DNA of 64,000 nucleotides, from assembly GCA_001600815.1 (NCBI GenBank), contig BCKZ01000004.1:434001-498000 (forward strand). Direction: 5' to 3'. The DNA comes from Alloascoidea hylecoeti. Taxonomy: Eukaryota. Positions 34,843 through 48,096 of the stretch are shown in pieces (the first letter of the stretch is position 1; each line of letters opens with the position of its first letter). The notes beneath the pieces are model-generated. The model made no database searches and had not been told where the DNA came from. It saw nothing but the letters and a program-made list of their open reading frames with translations. A program made the position numbers and the translations under genes.

Positions 34843-35348
34843 ATTTCATAAATTACTCATATATATGTGTGAAAGTTGGATTAAAGTTGAGCTAACGTTG
34901 AGGGTATATTTTTTTCTTTGACAAAAAATTGGTCGATTTCTTTCTTAAATTTATGTATAATGGAAATAAAAAAAGATTCAACAACCACAAGAAATGTAAA
35001 AATTCAATTGATATGAAATATATATATATATATATATATATTGATTAAACCTGGATAACTCAACAGAGAGTATAAATTTATAATTGATCAAAGATGTCAT
35101 TTGAAAAAGTATCAATATTAATTTCAACAATCATCACGTGGACTAGCTACAAGTTTTCATATATTTTATATTCTTTTTTTTACTTATATAATAATATCCT
35201 ATAGTATAATGTAAATAATTATAAATAATTATAAATATTGTTATTTCATTTATTGACTATTATTAAAAAAATCGTGTTGCATATTATAACCATATCAGAT
35301 TTCTATGAATAGAATAGTAAAAGTATCTTTGGGTGGAGAAATAAAAAA

Positions 35349-37483
35349 TTATTCTTTTTTCAATAATGTTTCAATTTTACTTTCTAAACTTGAAATTCTT
35401 TCATCTTTTTCAAGATTTGCTTCAACTAATGTAGTAATAACACCTTCTAATTTACTTACAATTCCATCAAGACGATCCACAGTTCCTTTCAAAGTTGTTC
35501 CTTTGGCTTTAACGGCACCTGATACAACAGGAGCAGGTGATAATTCAGCTTTAGTTGAAACTTTAGGAGTTGATACAACAGCAGCAGGAGTTGAAACTTT
35601 AGGAGTTGATACAAAAGGAGCAGGAGATACTTGAGAATTTGTTACTTTTGGTTCACCTCTTGATTTATTTTTAATATAATCAGGTAACGAATCAGATGCT
35701 GATGGTAAATTTTCTGGAGTATTATCAATAACAGGTTTATCATCACCTTCACCCCAACTATTTTTACTATCACCAACAACATCTTTAATACCTTCAGTTA
35801 AATCATTTGAAGTTGCTTTATCTAATAAAGAATCAGTTTTATCACTTTTAAAAAGTTCATCAGATTTAGGTTGAACAAAACTAGGCTGTTTTGGAGTAGC
35901 TTTAACAGAATTAATTGGCTTAGATTCAATTTTAGGTTCAGGTTTAGATTCCAATTCAGGTTCTTCAGAATCTTCTTTAACAAAATCTTTAATTTCTGGT
36001 TGTTCACCTTCATATAAAGCTTCCATTGAAATCATTTTTGGACCATCAACACTTTTCCCAGCAAACCAATCATTTGCAGATATAGCAGCTTCTTTAGCAG
36101 GAGCATCAGGATAAATATCAAATTGAAACATTTCAGATCTTCTTGGTACAATAAAAGAAATTGGTTCAAGAAAATGATCATCAACAGTTTTAAAAAATCT
36201 TGTAACTTCATTTTCATGAACATTAACACCTCTTTTTGGTAACATACCAATACCTCTTTGTGGTTCAGTTGAAGAATATTCACTTAATTCAAATAATTCA
36301 TCATTTTCAAATTCATAATATCTAATATTACCATCACCTTTACCAGCAAGAAATAACATTTTTGTTGATTCATCATAAAATGGCATTGTAATACCAGATG
36401 ATACATCTAAATTATAAAATCCACCAATACATCCAGCTTCAATATTATTTGAATCCCAAACAGCAATTTGTCTATCCGAAAGTCTTGAAAACCCAGTTGT
36501 AACTAATCTATTTGTATTACCTAACCAAACAATTCTTGAAGATTTTGCACCAGCATGACCAGGACCTTCAGAAATTATTTTTCCAGATCTTATATCCCAT
36601 ACGCGAATTTTTTTATCACGACTAACAGAAGCAATTTGATTACCATTATAATTAAAAGCAAAAGAAGTAATTAAATCTTTATGTTGTAAAGTTAATTTTG
36701 GTTTATCAGATTGAATATCCCAAATTCTAATTGTATAATCATTACTACTTGATGCTAAAACATTTTCAACAACTGGAGAAAATTTAACATGACCAACTTT
36801 TCTTGTATGACCAGACAATTTTTTTAAAGGTTTTAAATCTTTAATAAATTCAATATCTTCATAATGTAAAGTAAAATCTTCAGGAATTTCCCAAATACCA
36901 ATTTTCCCGTCATCAGAAGCTGAAGCAATGATTTGATCATTAAACGGATTAAAATCAGTGTCAAGAACAGCAGCTGTATGTCCACGACATAAAGGAATTA
37001 CATCAGGGAGTTTACCAGCTTCATTAATTGGTATAACGGCAAATGAACCACCACCCGAGGTATCCCAATTGACTGAAATATATTTCGGATTAGCCTAAAT
37101 TTAGTATGATAAATGTCAGAATGTCAGAATGTTAAAATGTCAAAATGTCAAAATGTCAAAATGCTAAAATGTCAAAATGTTAAAATGTTGCTATTTGTGC
37201 GATGGATGCTTACCTTTACGATGTTTGAGTCCCAAGCATTTTTACTGAATAGGAGAAAAGTAGCCAAAAAACAAGCAGTTAGCAGACGAGGGCATTGACC
37301 AAGAAGCGAGAATCCCGATAACTTACGTTACTCTGATGTTATCGTAGCAGAGTTCCTTTTTAGCAGGTTGGCCATAAACATGACGAAACTTGGATTGGCG
37401 AATGAAACTATATATCGACACGTCAGAAATTAGAAACACAGAAGACAGTCCGGATGAACGCGTGGGAAGTTATCATACCTCAT
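35349..37483 (-). CDS. CRN1: Coronin, 4 exons
   Basis: Exons 37483-37479, 37407-37327, 37244-37214, 37094-35349 (GT..AG introns of 71, 82 and 119 bp) give MSFIRQSKFRHVYG..NAWDSN..GHTAAVLDTDFNPFND; WD40 repeats, VPRRSEMFQFDIYP, C-terminal coiled coil; 620 aa. Confidence 0.93.
37112..37189. repeat. 8-bp tandem repeat (AAAATGTC-like) in CRN1 intron 3
   Basis: About 10 imperfect copies fill most of the intron. Confidence 0.9.
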
Positions 37484-37701
37484 ATGAGGATATAAAAAGA
37501 AGAAAGAGAGGGTTGGTGAAGGAAGAACAGGATGGAGTTGGGCAATGCATATGGTATAAATATAGCAGACACCCATACATTCCTTTGATGGTTTCACTTC
37601 TAAATTCAAACCGTATATCACAGCTTATTATGGGACTTGTTATAAGACACAGAGGGTTATAAAACAGCCGTCTAAGACACGGATATTATGTACCACTTAA
37701 T

Positions 37702-37742
37702 ATTTTCTGGAGCATTTTCTGGAGCATTTTCTGGAGCATTTT
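37702..37742. repeat. 12-bp tandem repeat ATTTTCTGGAGC x3 in the CRN1/NUM1 divergent promoter
   Basis: Directly visible. Confidence 0.9.
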
Positions 37743-37968
37743 TCTGCGGCAGCTTTCTCCAGAAGATTTCTGATTATTTCGTGTTTGCATTTAAGTTCGG
37801 CAAAACGGCGGGCACGGTTGGCACGGCAGTAGTGCTGTGGTTCGCAGCCGCAAATAGTCGTACGACCCGGGCCCCGCATACATTGGGCCATGCAACCCGG
37901 CCGGACAATACTTATTTATTTATCTTTTCCACACTGTTCGTTCGTTATTTTCTCCCAACTTCTTTGCA

Positions 37969-39130
37969 ATGGGAGATCCGACTGACAAAAAGGATGAGGA
38001 CCTGGCTCCGTCGCTGTTGTCTCATCTGAATTCCATCCGGGGCATAATATCCGGTTCTTCCTCCGCTCCTTCGTCTGGAGATCCGGCGGGGACTGGGCAA
38101 ACTTCTTCCCTGGATTTTATAAAACAGATGGCTGCAGACACACCTGATGCTGAAATTGATCAAGTATGTCCATTGTCTTGAATATTCCGGAAATATCGAC
38201 TAACCTTTTCGATAGTCTTCCATAATATCAAATAACCGTAAAAATTTACGTCTAAATTCTTCAAATTCATCCTCAACTTCTCAAATTAGAGATTCAAAAG
38301 CAAAGGATTTACAGTTCGTTTCTTCTTTGGGTGAATCTTTGCTCATCGAATGTAGAAAATTACAACATGCTTTACAAGAAAAAGAGAATATTTTAAATAA
38401 AATAGTATCTGAAAAGAATCTAATTGAAGATGATAATAGAGCTTTAAAAGGGAAAGTTACTGAATTAACTGAGGCTGAAGGTAGGTACTTTTATCTTTAT
38501 TTTTTTTATTTATTTATCCATTCAAAACTAATATGTATGTATTTGATTTATAGAAAAAGTAAAAGATTATACCTGGGATCTAGAAATGAAACTTCAATCA
38601 TTAAATTTAGAAAAATCAACTTTAGAATCTGAATTAGATAAATCAAAATTAAATTTATCAAAATTAAATAATTTAAAATCTGAAGATTTGATAATTATTG
38701 AATCATTAAAATTAAAAGAATCTGAATATTTAAAAAAAATTGATTTTTTAAAAACTAAAGAAATTGAAAATGAATCAAATAATCAAATAATCGATGAATT
38801 ATCTGAAACAAATGAATTATTAACAAAAAATTTAGAAGATTTAAAATTTAAAATGGAACATGATAATAAAAATCAAACAAATAATTTAAAAACTTCAAAT
38901 ATACCAAATTTAAAACATAATTATGATTCTGATATTGATATTGATGAATCTTTTAATACTCCAAGGTCTTCTCCTCCAATTTCTCCTGTAAAAGAAACTC
39001 CTTCAACAAATACAATTTTGGAAACTGAAACTACAAAAGCTGCATTATCAAGAGCTCAACGTACAATTCAAAAATTAAGAAATGAATTAATTAAATCAAA
39101 ACAATCTTTTCAACAACAACAACAACATAC

Positions 39131-39184
<54 letters not shown>

Positions 39185-42100
39185 CAGCAATAATCTTAAA
39201 GATAAAAAATCATCTAATTTACATGGTCCAACTTCAAGATTATATATTTATGATAGTTCTTCAGTTACTGATTCAAATGAAGAATGGGAAAATATTGATG
39301 ATGATAATATTCAATCACCTCCATCATTTAATAGATCATCAACATCAGATTCAATTAATAGTAACAACTCAAATTATAAAAATCGTTCAACAAGTGATGC
39401 ATTTTTATCTGCTCAAGAATCAATGTCTGATTTTGGTACATCTCATTCAATAACTACTGATGATGATGCTTATTTAACTGCAAGAGATGATGATGATGAT
39501 GAAACTGGTGAAGAAACTGATGGTCCATTTTTAAATCGTAATAGATTATCAAAAAGATCTTCCTCTACTTCTTCATCATCTTCTGAATTTATTTCAGATG
39601 ATAGTTCAGATGATGGTTCTTTAATTATAAGTAGACAAAAATTAAATCGTGCGACAAAAATTCCTCTTACTTTTTATCAAAGAAATAATAATAATAATAA
39701 TAATGTTAGATCAAATCCTTTACTTTCAACACCAATTAATAAACATACAACATCAATAAATGATAATACAATAATTCATTCAAGTCCTGAAACAACACCA
39801 CAAAATTTATTTAAAGAATTAAATTTCAATTCTTCTTCAACTTCAAATAATAATTCAATTTTAGAAAATGATTCAAGTTCTCATGATTTAATAACACAAT
39901 CTGATTTTGATAATTATGCTCATGAGAATAATTTAATTGCTTTAAGTATATCAGATTATAATAAATTAACTGAAACAACAAGCGAAAATTTAATAAATGA
40001 TAATGAATTAAATGAAGAAGAATTAATTAAATATGGAGAAAAATTAGGATTAATTACAATTACAAAATTAAAATATGATGAATTAATTAATAAAAATATT
40101 CATTTAGAAGATAATGTCGAAAATCCAAATTTAGAAACTATTATTTTAAATGTTAAAAAAGCTGGATATGAACCAATTCCAATTGATGATTATAAAGATC
40201 TGGTTAATAAAGCTGATAAACCAGATTCCAATCATATCATTGAAAAAGCCGCTGCTATTGGATTAACAACATTAAGTGTTAAAGAATTGGCTGATTTGAA
40301 ATCAAAAGCAGAAACACCTGATGCTGAACATGTCACTAATAAAGCTAAAGATTTAGGATTGGTTACTGTTCCAGAAGTTGATTATGAAAATTTGATTCAT
40401 CCAAGTAAAGAAACCATTGTAACAAAGGCCAAAGAAGCTGGTTATGAATCAGTTCCNATTGNTGAATATAAAGACCTTGTTGGAAAAGCAACCAAACCAG
40501 ATGTTGAACATATCACTAATAAAGCTAAAGATTTAGGATTGGTTACCGTTCCAGAAACTGATTATGAAAAATTAGTTCATCCAAGCACTGATTCCATTGT
40601 TTTCAAAGCAAAAGAAGCTGGATATGAACCAATTCTAATTGATGATTATAAAGATCTTGTCAATAAAGCAGATAAACCAGATTCTAATCATATCATTGAA
40701 AAAGCCGCTGCTATTGGATTAACAGCACTAAGTGTTAAAGAATTAGCCGATTTGAAATCAAAAGCAGAAACACCAGATGCTGAACATGTTACTAATAAGG
40801 CCAAAGATTTAGGATTGGTTACTGTTCCAGAAACTGATTATAAGACATTGATTAATCCAACTGTTGATACCATTGTAACAAAGGCCAAAGAAGCTGGATA
40901 TGAATCAGTTCCGATTGGTGAATATAAAGACCTTGTTGGAAAAGCAACCAAACCAGATGTTGAACATATCACTAATAAAGCCAAAGATTTGGGATTGGTC
41001 ACTGTTCCAGAAACTGATTATGAAAAATTAGTTCATCCAAGCACTGATACTATTGTTTTCAAGGCCAAGGAAGCTGGTTATGAATCTGTTCCAATCGAAA
41101 AATACAATGATCTTGTTGAAAAAGCAACCAAACCAGATGCATCTTATATTTCTGAAAAGGCAGCTGCCATTGGATTAACAACATTAAGTGTTAAAGAATT
41201 GGCTGATTTGAAATCAAAAGCTGAAACTCCAAATGCTGATCATGTCACTTCTAAAGCTAAAGATTTAGGATTGATAACTGTTTCACAAACTGATTATGAA
41301 ACGTTGGTTCACCCAAGTACAGAGATTGTTATATCAAAAGCTAAGGAAGCAGGATATGAATCTGTTCCAATTGAAAAATACAATGATCTTGTTGAAAAGG
41401 CAACTAAACCAGATTCTAATCATATCATTGAAAAAGCAGCCGCTATTGGATTAACAGCACTAAGCATTAAAGAATTAACCGATTTGAAATCAAAGGCAGA
41501 AACACCTGATGTTGAACATGTCACTAATAAAGCTAAAGATTTAGGATTGGTTACTGTTCCAGAAACTGATTATAAGACATTGATTAATCCAACTATTGAT
41601 ACCATTGTTTTCAAGGCTAAAGCAGCTGGTTATGAATCAGTTCCAATTGATGAATATAAAGACCTTGTTGGAAAAGCGAATAAACCAGATATTGAACATA
41701 TTACTACTAAAGCTAAAGATTTAGGATTGGTTACTGTTCCAGAAGTTGATTATGAAAATTTGATTCATCCAAGTAAAGAGATCGTTATATCAAAGGCCAA
41801 AGAGGCTGGATATGAATCAGTTCCAATTGATGAATATAAAGACCTTGTTGGAAAAGCTACCACACCAAATGTTGAACATATCACTACTAAAGCCAAAGAT
41901 TTAGGATTGGTTACTGTCTTAAAAATTGATTATGAAAAATTAGTTCATCCAAGCACTGATACTATTGTTTTCAAGGCCAAGGAAGCTGGTTATGAAGCTG
42001 TACCAGTTGAAAAATACAATGACCTTGTTAATAAAGCAGATAAACCAGATTCTAATCATATCATTGAAAAGGCAGCCGCTATTGGATTTACAGCATTAAG

Positions 42101-45100
42101 CATTAAAGAATTAACCGATTTGAAATCAAAAGCAGAAACACCAGATGCTGAACATGTCACTAATAAAGCTAAAGATTTAGGATTGGTTACTGTTCCAGAA
42201 GTTGATTATGAAAATTTGATTCATCCAAGTAAAGAAACCATTGTAACAAAGGCCAAAGAAGCTGGTTATGAATCAGTTCCNATTGNTGAATATAAAGACC
42301 TTGTTGGAAAAGCAACCAAACCAGATGTTGAACATATCACTAATAAAGCTAAAGATTTAGGATTGGTTACCGTTCCAGAAACTGATTATGAAAAATTAGT
42401 TCATCCAAGCACTGATTCCATTGTTTTCAAAGCAAAAGAAGCTGGATATGAACCAATTCCAATTGATGATTATAAAGATCTTGTCAATAAAGCAGATAAA
42501 CCAGATTCTAATCATATCATTGAAAAAGCCGCTGCTATTGGATTAACAGCACTAAGTGTTAAAGAATTAGCCGATTTGAAATCAAAAGCAGAAACACCAG
42601 ATGCTGAACATGTTACTAATAAGGCCAAAGATTTAGGATTGGTTACTGTTCCAGAAACTGATTATAAGACATTGATTAATCCAACTGTTGATACCATTGT
42701 TTTCAAGGCTAAAGAAGCTGGTTATAAAGTTGTTCCATCAACCGAGTTTGAGACCTTGGTTGAAGCAGCTGTTCATCCTTCCTATGATGTTATTTTCAAA
42801 CAAGCATCATCTACTGGTCTTACAGTCATACCAAATGAAGAATTCAAATCCTTGCAAACTAAAGTTAATGATGCAATGAATCCAACAGAGGATCATATAA
42901 AATCTATCGGTGCTGGATTGGGTCTTTCAGTAATTTCCAAATCAGCTTATGATGAACTTACCAAGAAAGCAGAAACTCCATTGACTAAAGAAAATTTAAT
43001 TTCTAAAGCTGAAGATTTGGGATTGATTACAATTACACAAGAAGAATTTGATGAATTAAATTCAAATAAATCGAGATCAATAGCTCCAGTACCAATTCCT
43101 GTACCAGTTCCAATTTCAACTTCGAAAAATATTTCAAAAACAGATGGGTTTATTACTATTACTGAAACAGAGTATGATGATTTGAAAAAATCTGTCACTA
43201 CACCAAAAGTTATTAGTGATAGTGAATTTGTTAGTGAAGTTAAGAAACGAAATTTAACTGCTATTTCACCAGATGAATATAATTCATTATTGACAGTTTC
43301 TAAAGCACCAAAGACTTTTGATGATGATGAATTTAATTCAGAGATTAAGAAACGTAACTTAGTTGCAATTCCACCTGTTGAATTAAAGAAAATACAAGAA
43401 CCTGATGTTAATTCTGTCAAAGAAAAAGCATCACAATTTGGGTTTGAAATGGTACCAAAGGGAGAGATTAAACTTTTACGTGATCCAACACTACCTTTTA
43501 TAACTGAAAAGGCTAGTATTCTTGGATATGAAACCTTACCAAAGGCTAAATTAAATGAATTGACAGAAGAAGTTGAATTTTTAAGAAATCCAAAGATTGA
43601 TTATATTAAAGGAAAAGCAGCTGGACTTGGATATAACACTATTCCAAAAGATGTATATTCAGAACTTGTTGATAATGTTGCTGAATTAGAAATTTTGAGA
43701 GATCCTAAATTAGAATATATTTCTGAAAGAGCATCTGGACTTGGTTATAAGACCATTCCTAATGATGAATATTCAGAATTGATTGATAATGTTGTTGAGC
43801 TACAGATACTACGTAATCCAAATATTGATTATATTAAGACAAAAGCAGATAATCTTGGATATGAAACTATTCCAAAGGATGAACATCAAGAATTAATAAA
43901 TACTATTAAATCTCCAAATAAAGAATTTATTATTGCTGGTGCTTTAGCTGCTGGAATGATTGCTCTAGGTAAGGGGGATTATGATCGATTAATTAAAACA
44001 GAACAGGAACCAAGCAAAGAATTTATCAAGTCCAAGGCAGAAGCAAATGGTCTTGTAGTTATACCTAAAGAAGAACACGAAAGATTTGTTAATTTAGAAT
44101 CTGCTCCAAGCAAAGAGTTTATTGTTTCTAAGGCAGAAGAATCTGGATTTGCTGTTGTACCCAATGCCGAACTTGAAAGATTGTTTAATATTGAGACATC
44201 ACCAAGCAAGGAATTCATTGAGTCCAAGGCAGAAGCAATCGGTCTTGTAACTGTTCCCAAAGACGAGCACAAGAGATTGGTTGAATTAGAAAATGCCCCA
44301 AGCAAAGAATTCATCGAATCTAAGGCGCATGCATCTGGTTTTGCCGTTGTACCTGCTGTAGAACTTGAAAGATTGATCNGCGTTGAAAAATCACCAAGTA
44401 AAGAGTTTATTGTATCTAAGGCAGTGGAAACTGGTCTTGTTGCGGTACCTAAAGAAGATCATGAAAGATTGGCCAATTTAGAGAGCACACCAAGCAGAGA
44501 GTTTATTGAGTCAAAGGCACAAGAATCTGGATTTGCTGTTATTCCCCAAACAGAACTTGAAAGATTAGTCAATGTTGATAAATCACCAAGCAAAGAATTC
44601 ATTGAGTCCAAGGCAGAAGCAGTCGGTCTTGTAACTGTTCCTAAAGAAGAGCACAAGAGATTGGTTGAATTAGAAAATGCTCCAAGCAAAGAATTCATCG
44701 AATCTAAGGCAGAAGAATCTGGGTTTGCAGTTGTTCCCACAGCTGAGCTTGAAAGATTAGTCAATGTTGAGAAATCACCAAGCAACGCGTTTATTGTTTC
44801 TAAGGCAGAAGAATCTGGATTTGCTGTTGTACCCGATGCCGAACTTGAAAGATTGTTTAATATTGAGACATCACCAAGCAAGGAATTCATTGAGTCCAAG
44901 GCAGAAGCAATCGGTCTTGTAACTGTTCCCAAAGACGAGCACAAGAGATTGGTTGAATTAGAAAATGCCCCAAGCAAAGAATTCATCGAATCTAAGGCGC
45001 ATGCATCTGGTTTTGCCGTTGTACCTGCTGTAGAACTTGAAAGATTGATCNGCGTTGAAAAATCACCAAGTAAAGAGTTTATTGTATCTAAGGCAGTGGA

Positions 45101-47573
45101 AACTGGTCTTGTTGCGGTACCTAAAGAAGATCATGAAAGATTGGCCAATTTAGAGAGCACACCAAGCAGAGAGTTTATTGAGTCAAAGGCACAAGAATCT
45201 GGATTTGCTGTTATTCCCCAAACAGAACTTGAAAGATTAGTCAATGTTGATAAATCACCAAGCAAAGAATTCATTGAGTCCAAGGCAGAAGCAGTCGGTC
45301 TTGTAACTGTTCCTAAAGAAGAGCACAAGAGATTGGTTGAATTAGAAAATGCTCCAAGCAAAGAATTCATCGAATCTAAAGCGCAAGCATCTGGATTAGC
45401 TGTCGTGACCGAAGCCGAACTTGAAAGGTTGATCGGTATTGAGAAATCACCAAGTGAAGATTTCATAACTCGCCATGCTGAAAATATCGGCCTTATTGCT
45501 GTGCCCAAAGAACAACACCGGGAATTGACTGATACCTTAGCGACTCCAAGTACAGATTTCATTAAATCAAAAGCACAGGATGCCGGTCTAATCGTCATTT
45601 CAAAGGAAGATCATGACATCCTACTCCATAATATTGAAGAACCTCCAGTCGATTACTTGACTAAGAAGGCAAACGAAGTCGGGTATGCTGTTGTACCAGT
45701 GACTGAATGGGACAAGCTTAATCAACCCACTGAAGAATATCTAAAGACAGCTGGAAGTGGTCTTGGCTTAATGGTCATCGGTCAATCAGTTTATGATGAA
45801 CTCACGAAAAGGTTAGAATCAACTCAAAGAGATTTAGAGGAATCTAGGAAACCTTTAACTAAAAAAGAATTGGCTGATAATGCTGACTTTTTTGGTTTAG
45901 CACTTATTCCTGAACATGAACTTGAATTTTTTAGATCGCAGCATTTAACACCCGACAAAGAAATTATTGTGGAAAATGCAAAGAAATTGGGCTTAGTCGT
46001 CATTCCAGGTACACAATATGATCAATTACAAGCAGAGGCAAATCGAGAAATTTCCGAACGGGATATTTTCAACGCAGCTGAACATTTCGGTCTTGTAGTT
46101 TTACCATATGATGGTATCACTGAAAAAGAGGTCAATGAGTGGGCAGAAAAGAATAATTATATTGTTGCTCCTGAACAAGAATATGATAATGCTATTAAAA
46201 CTGCTCCTGTACCCTTTGAAAGATTATCCAAGAGAGCAACTGAACTAGGTTTACTTATGGTATCAAAAGATGAATATCAAAAGAATTTGACAACATTTCA
46301 AAATGCAAGTAAGAAAGATGTTATTCAAAGATCTACGGCACTTGGACTTGTTACAATCACACAAGAAGAATATAATTCACTTGTTCGTAGTTCCAAGAGC
46401 AAAAGTACACCAATTCCCCTGGTTGTTCCTACGAATTCAAGTTCTGATAATATTTCAAGAGATGTTATTTCTCAACGTGCTTCTTCATTGGGTCTTGTAA
46501 CCATTCCAAAATCTGAGTATGATGCTCTTACGCGTGCCTCTAAGGCATATAGTGTGCAATCGCCAACTTTAGCCCAATCAAATATACAATCAACAAGCCT
46601 TGTTTTGAACTCCGATTTGAGTAAGCCTAGTGAATTGAATTCTCCAGTTGGTAGTAATAGCCCTGCTGGTCCAACAATTAAAGAAGTGAAAGGTACGCCA
46701 AGAATGTCCGATTCAATTGTTGTTCCACCAAAATTACATAGAGAATTATCTGGAATCGTTGTGGAGGAAGAACAGGAGGGTGTAGACCCTGTTTCAGTTA
46801 GTCGTACTATGGATACACCTAAATCGAAGGTTAGTCGCAAGAAACCATCCACCTATTCTTCGAGATCAGAACAAACCAAAGGATTAGCTGCAGCATATAA
46901 TGAAGACGATGAAGGAGATAATATTATTCTTCCATCCAATATCACTATTGCTACCAATCCATCATTAAATGAACAAAGTATGATACCTGCGGTTACACAA
47001 ACAGTTATTGGTGAATTTTTGTATAAATATTACAGACGCATTGGAGGAGTTAGTGGGATTTCTGAAAATAGGCATAAACGTTATTTCTGGATACACCCAT
47101 ATACGATGACATTATATTGGTCAGAGACAAATCCAGCTGTTGGTAATCCTTCGAATGAGAAGACCAGAGCTGCAGCAATTTTAGGAGTTAGAAGTGTCGA
47201 GGATTCCAACCCATTACCCCCAGGTTTATGGCATAAAAGTATTATTGTTAAAACTCAAGGACGAGATGTTAAAATTACTTGTTCAACAAGACAAAGACAC
47301 AATATCTGGTATAACACTTTACGGTATCTATTAGAGCGCGCTGATGGTATTTTCCATTATGATCCTGAGATGAGTCAAGATAATATTTCTACAATCGATG
47401 AACGATATGGGCAAACGAACGAAATGTTACCTCCAGTCATTCATCCTCGTGCGTCGATGAGTTCTAAGAGAAGTGGTAGTCTTAGACCCCAACATTCAGT
47501 CCCTGAACTGCCAAAAAAGGCCAGCCGAGCTTCAGTAAGGCGCATTTCATCAGTCTTAAAAGGTGAGAGATAA
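37969..47573 (+). CDS. NUM1: Num1/ApsA cortical dynein and mitochondria anchor, 3 exons
   Basis: Exons 37969-38163, 38216-38480, 38554-47573 (introns GTATGT..ACTAAC..TAG and GTAGGT..ACTAAT..TAG), about 3159 aa; N-terminal coiled coil (SLGESLLIECRKLQ), central repeats, C-terminal PH domain (TQTVIGEFLYKY..RHKRYFWIHPYT..RHNIWYN). Confidence 0.93.
40130..42730 (+). repeat. NUM1 coding repeat array A (28/32-aa units, 152-aa higher-order unit)
   Basis: Recurring KAKDLGLVTVP / KAKEAGYE / EKAAAIGLT units; near-identical blocks 1824 bp (4 x 456) apart. Confidence 0.9.
44005..45465 (+). repeat. NUM1 coding repeat array B (32-aa, 96-bp units)
   Basis: PSKEFIESKA units; near-identical blocks 672 bp (7 x 96) apart. 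Confidence 0.9.
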
Positions 47574-48096
47574 CCGTTTTTTACTGTGGTGTAATTTTGA
47601 TTATGTCGATTAATGGAGTATAGAACAGTTTGAGTTGGTATTTGTTTTTTGATGTTGATACTTTTCAATTCTTTGTGATATTATGTATATTCTACTATCA
47701 TTAATTATTTTTTTTCATGTATGTATACTTTCTTGTTTTGTTTCAAAGCTATGTTTTTAATAAAGAATTTATTTAATTAATATTTAAATGAGTTTTATTG
47801 TATGATACGTCATACTGATATAAATATATTCCATTTACGTAAACAAAGGGCCCAAGCTGTGTAATAAGTTTGACCATGACCAGCAACGTTGACGGAAATG
47901 TGATTGATCATAAAGCATTAAAAAGCAAACATATTCCTGCCAATGATATTATGTGGTTGGCCGGTTTTTCTAAAATTTATCTTTCGCTGCGCTGTCTATT
48001 AACATTATATAATTATTTGCAATAGTCGACATTTTTTATTTCTCATCTCTTCCTTTCCACCATTTGGTTTCCTACAACCATCAATATTAGATTTAA

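Noticed and set aside
40130..45465. Regularly spaced repeats suggestive of a CRISPR array
   Set aside because: In-frame protein-coding repeats with no unique spacers, in eukaryotic DNA.
42947..46852. Several minus-strand ORFs within NUM1
   Set aside because: Antisense shadows of the coding repeats.
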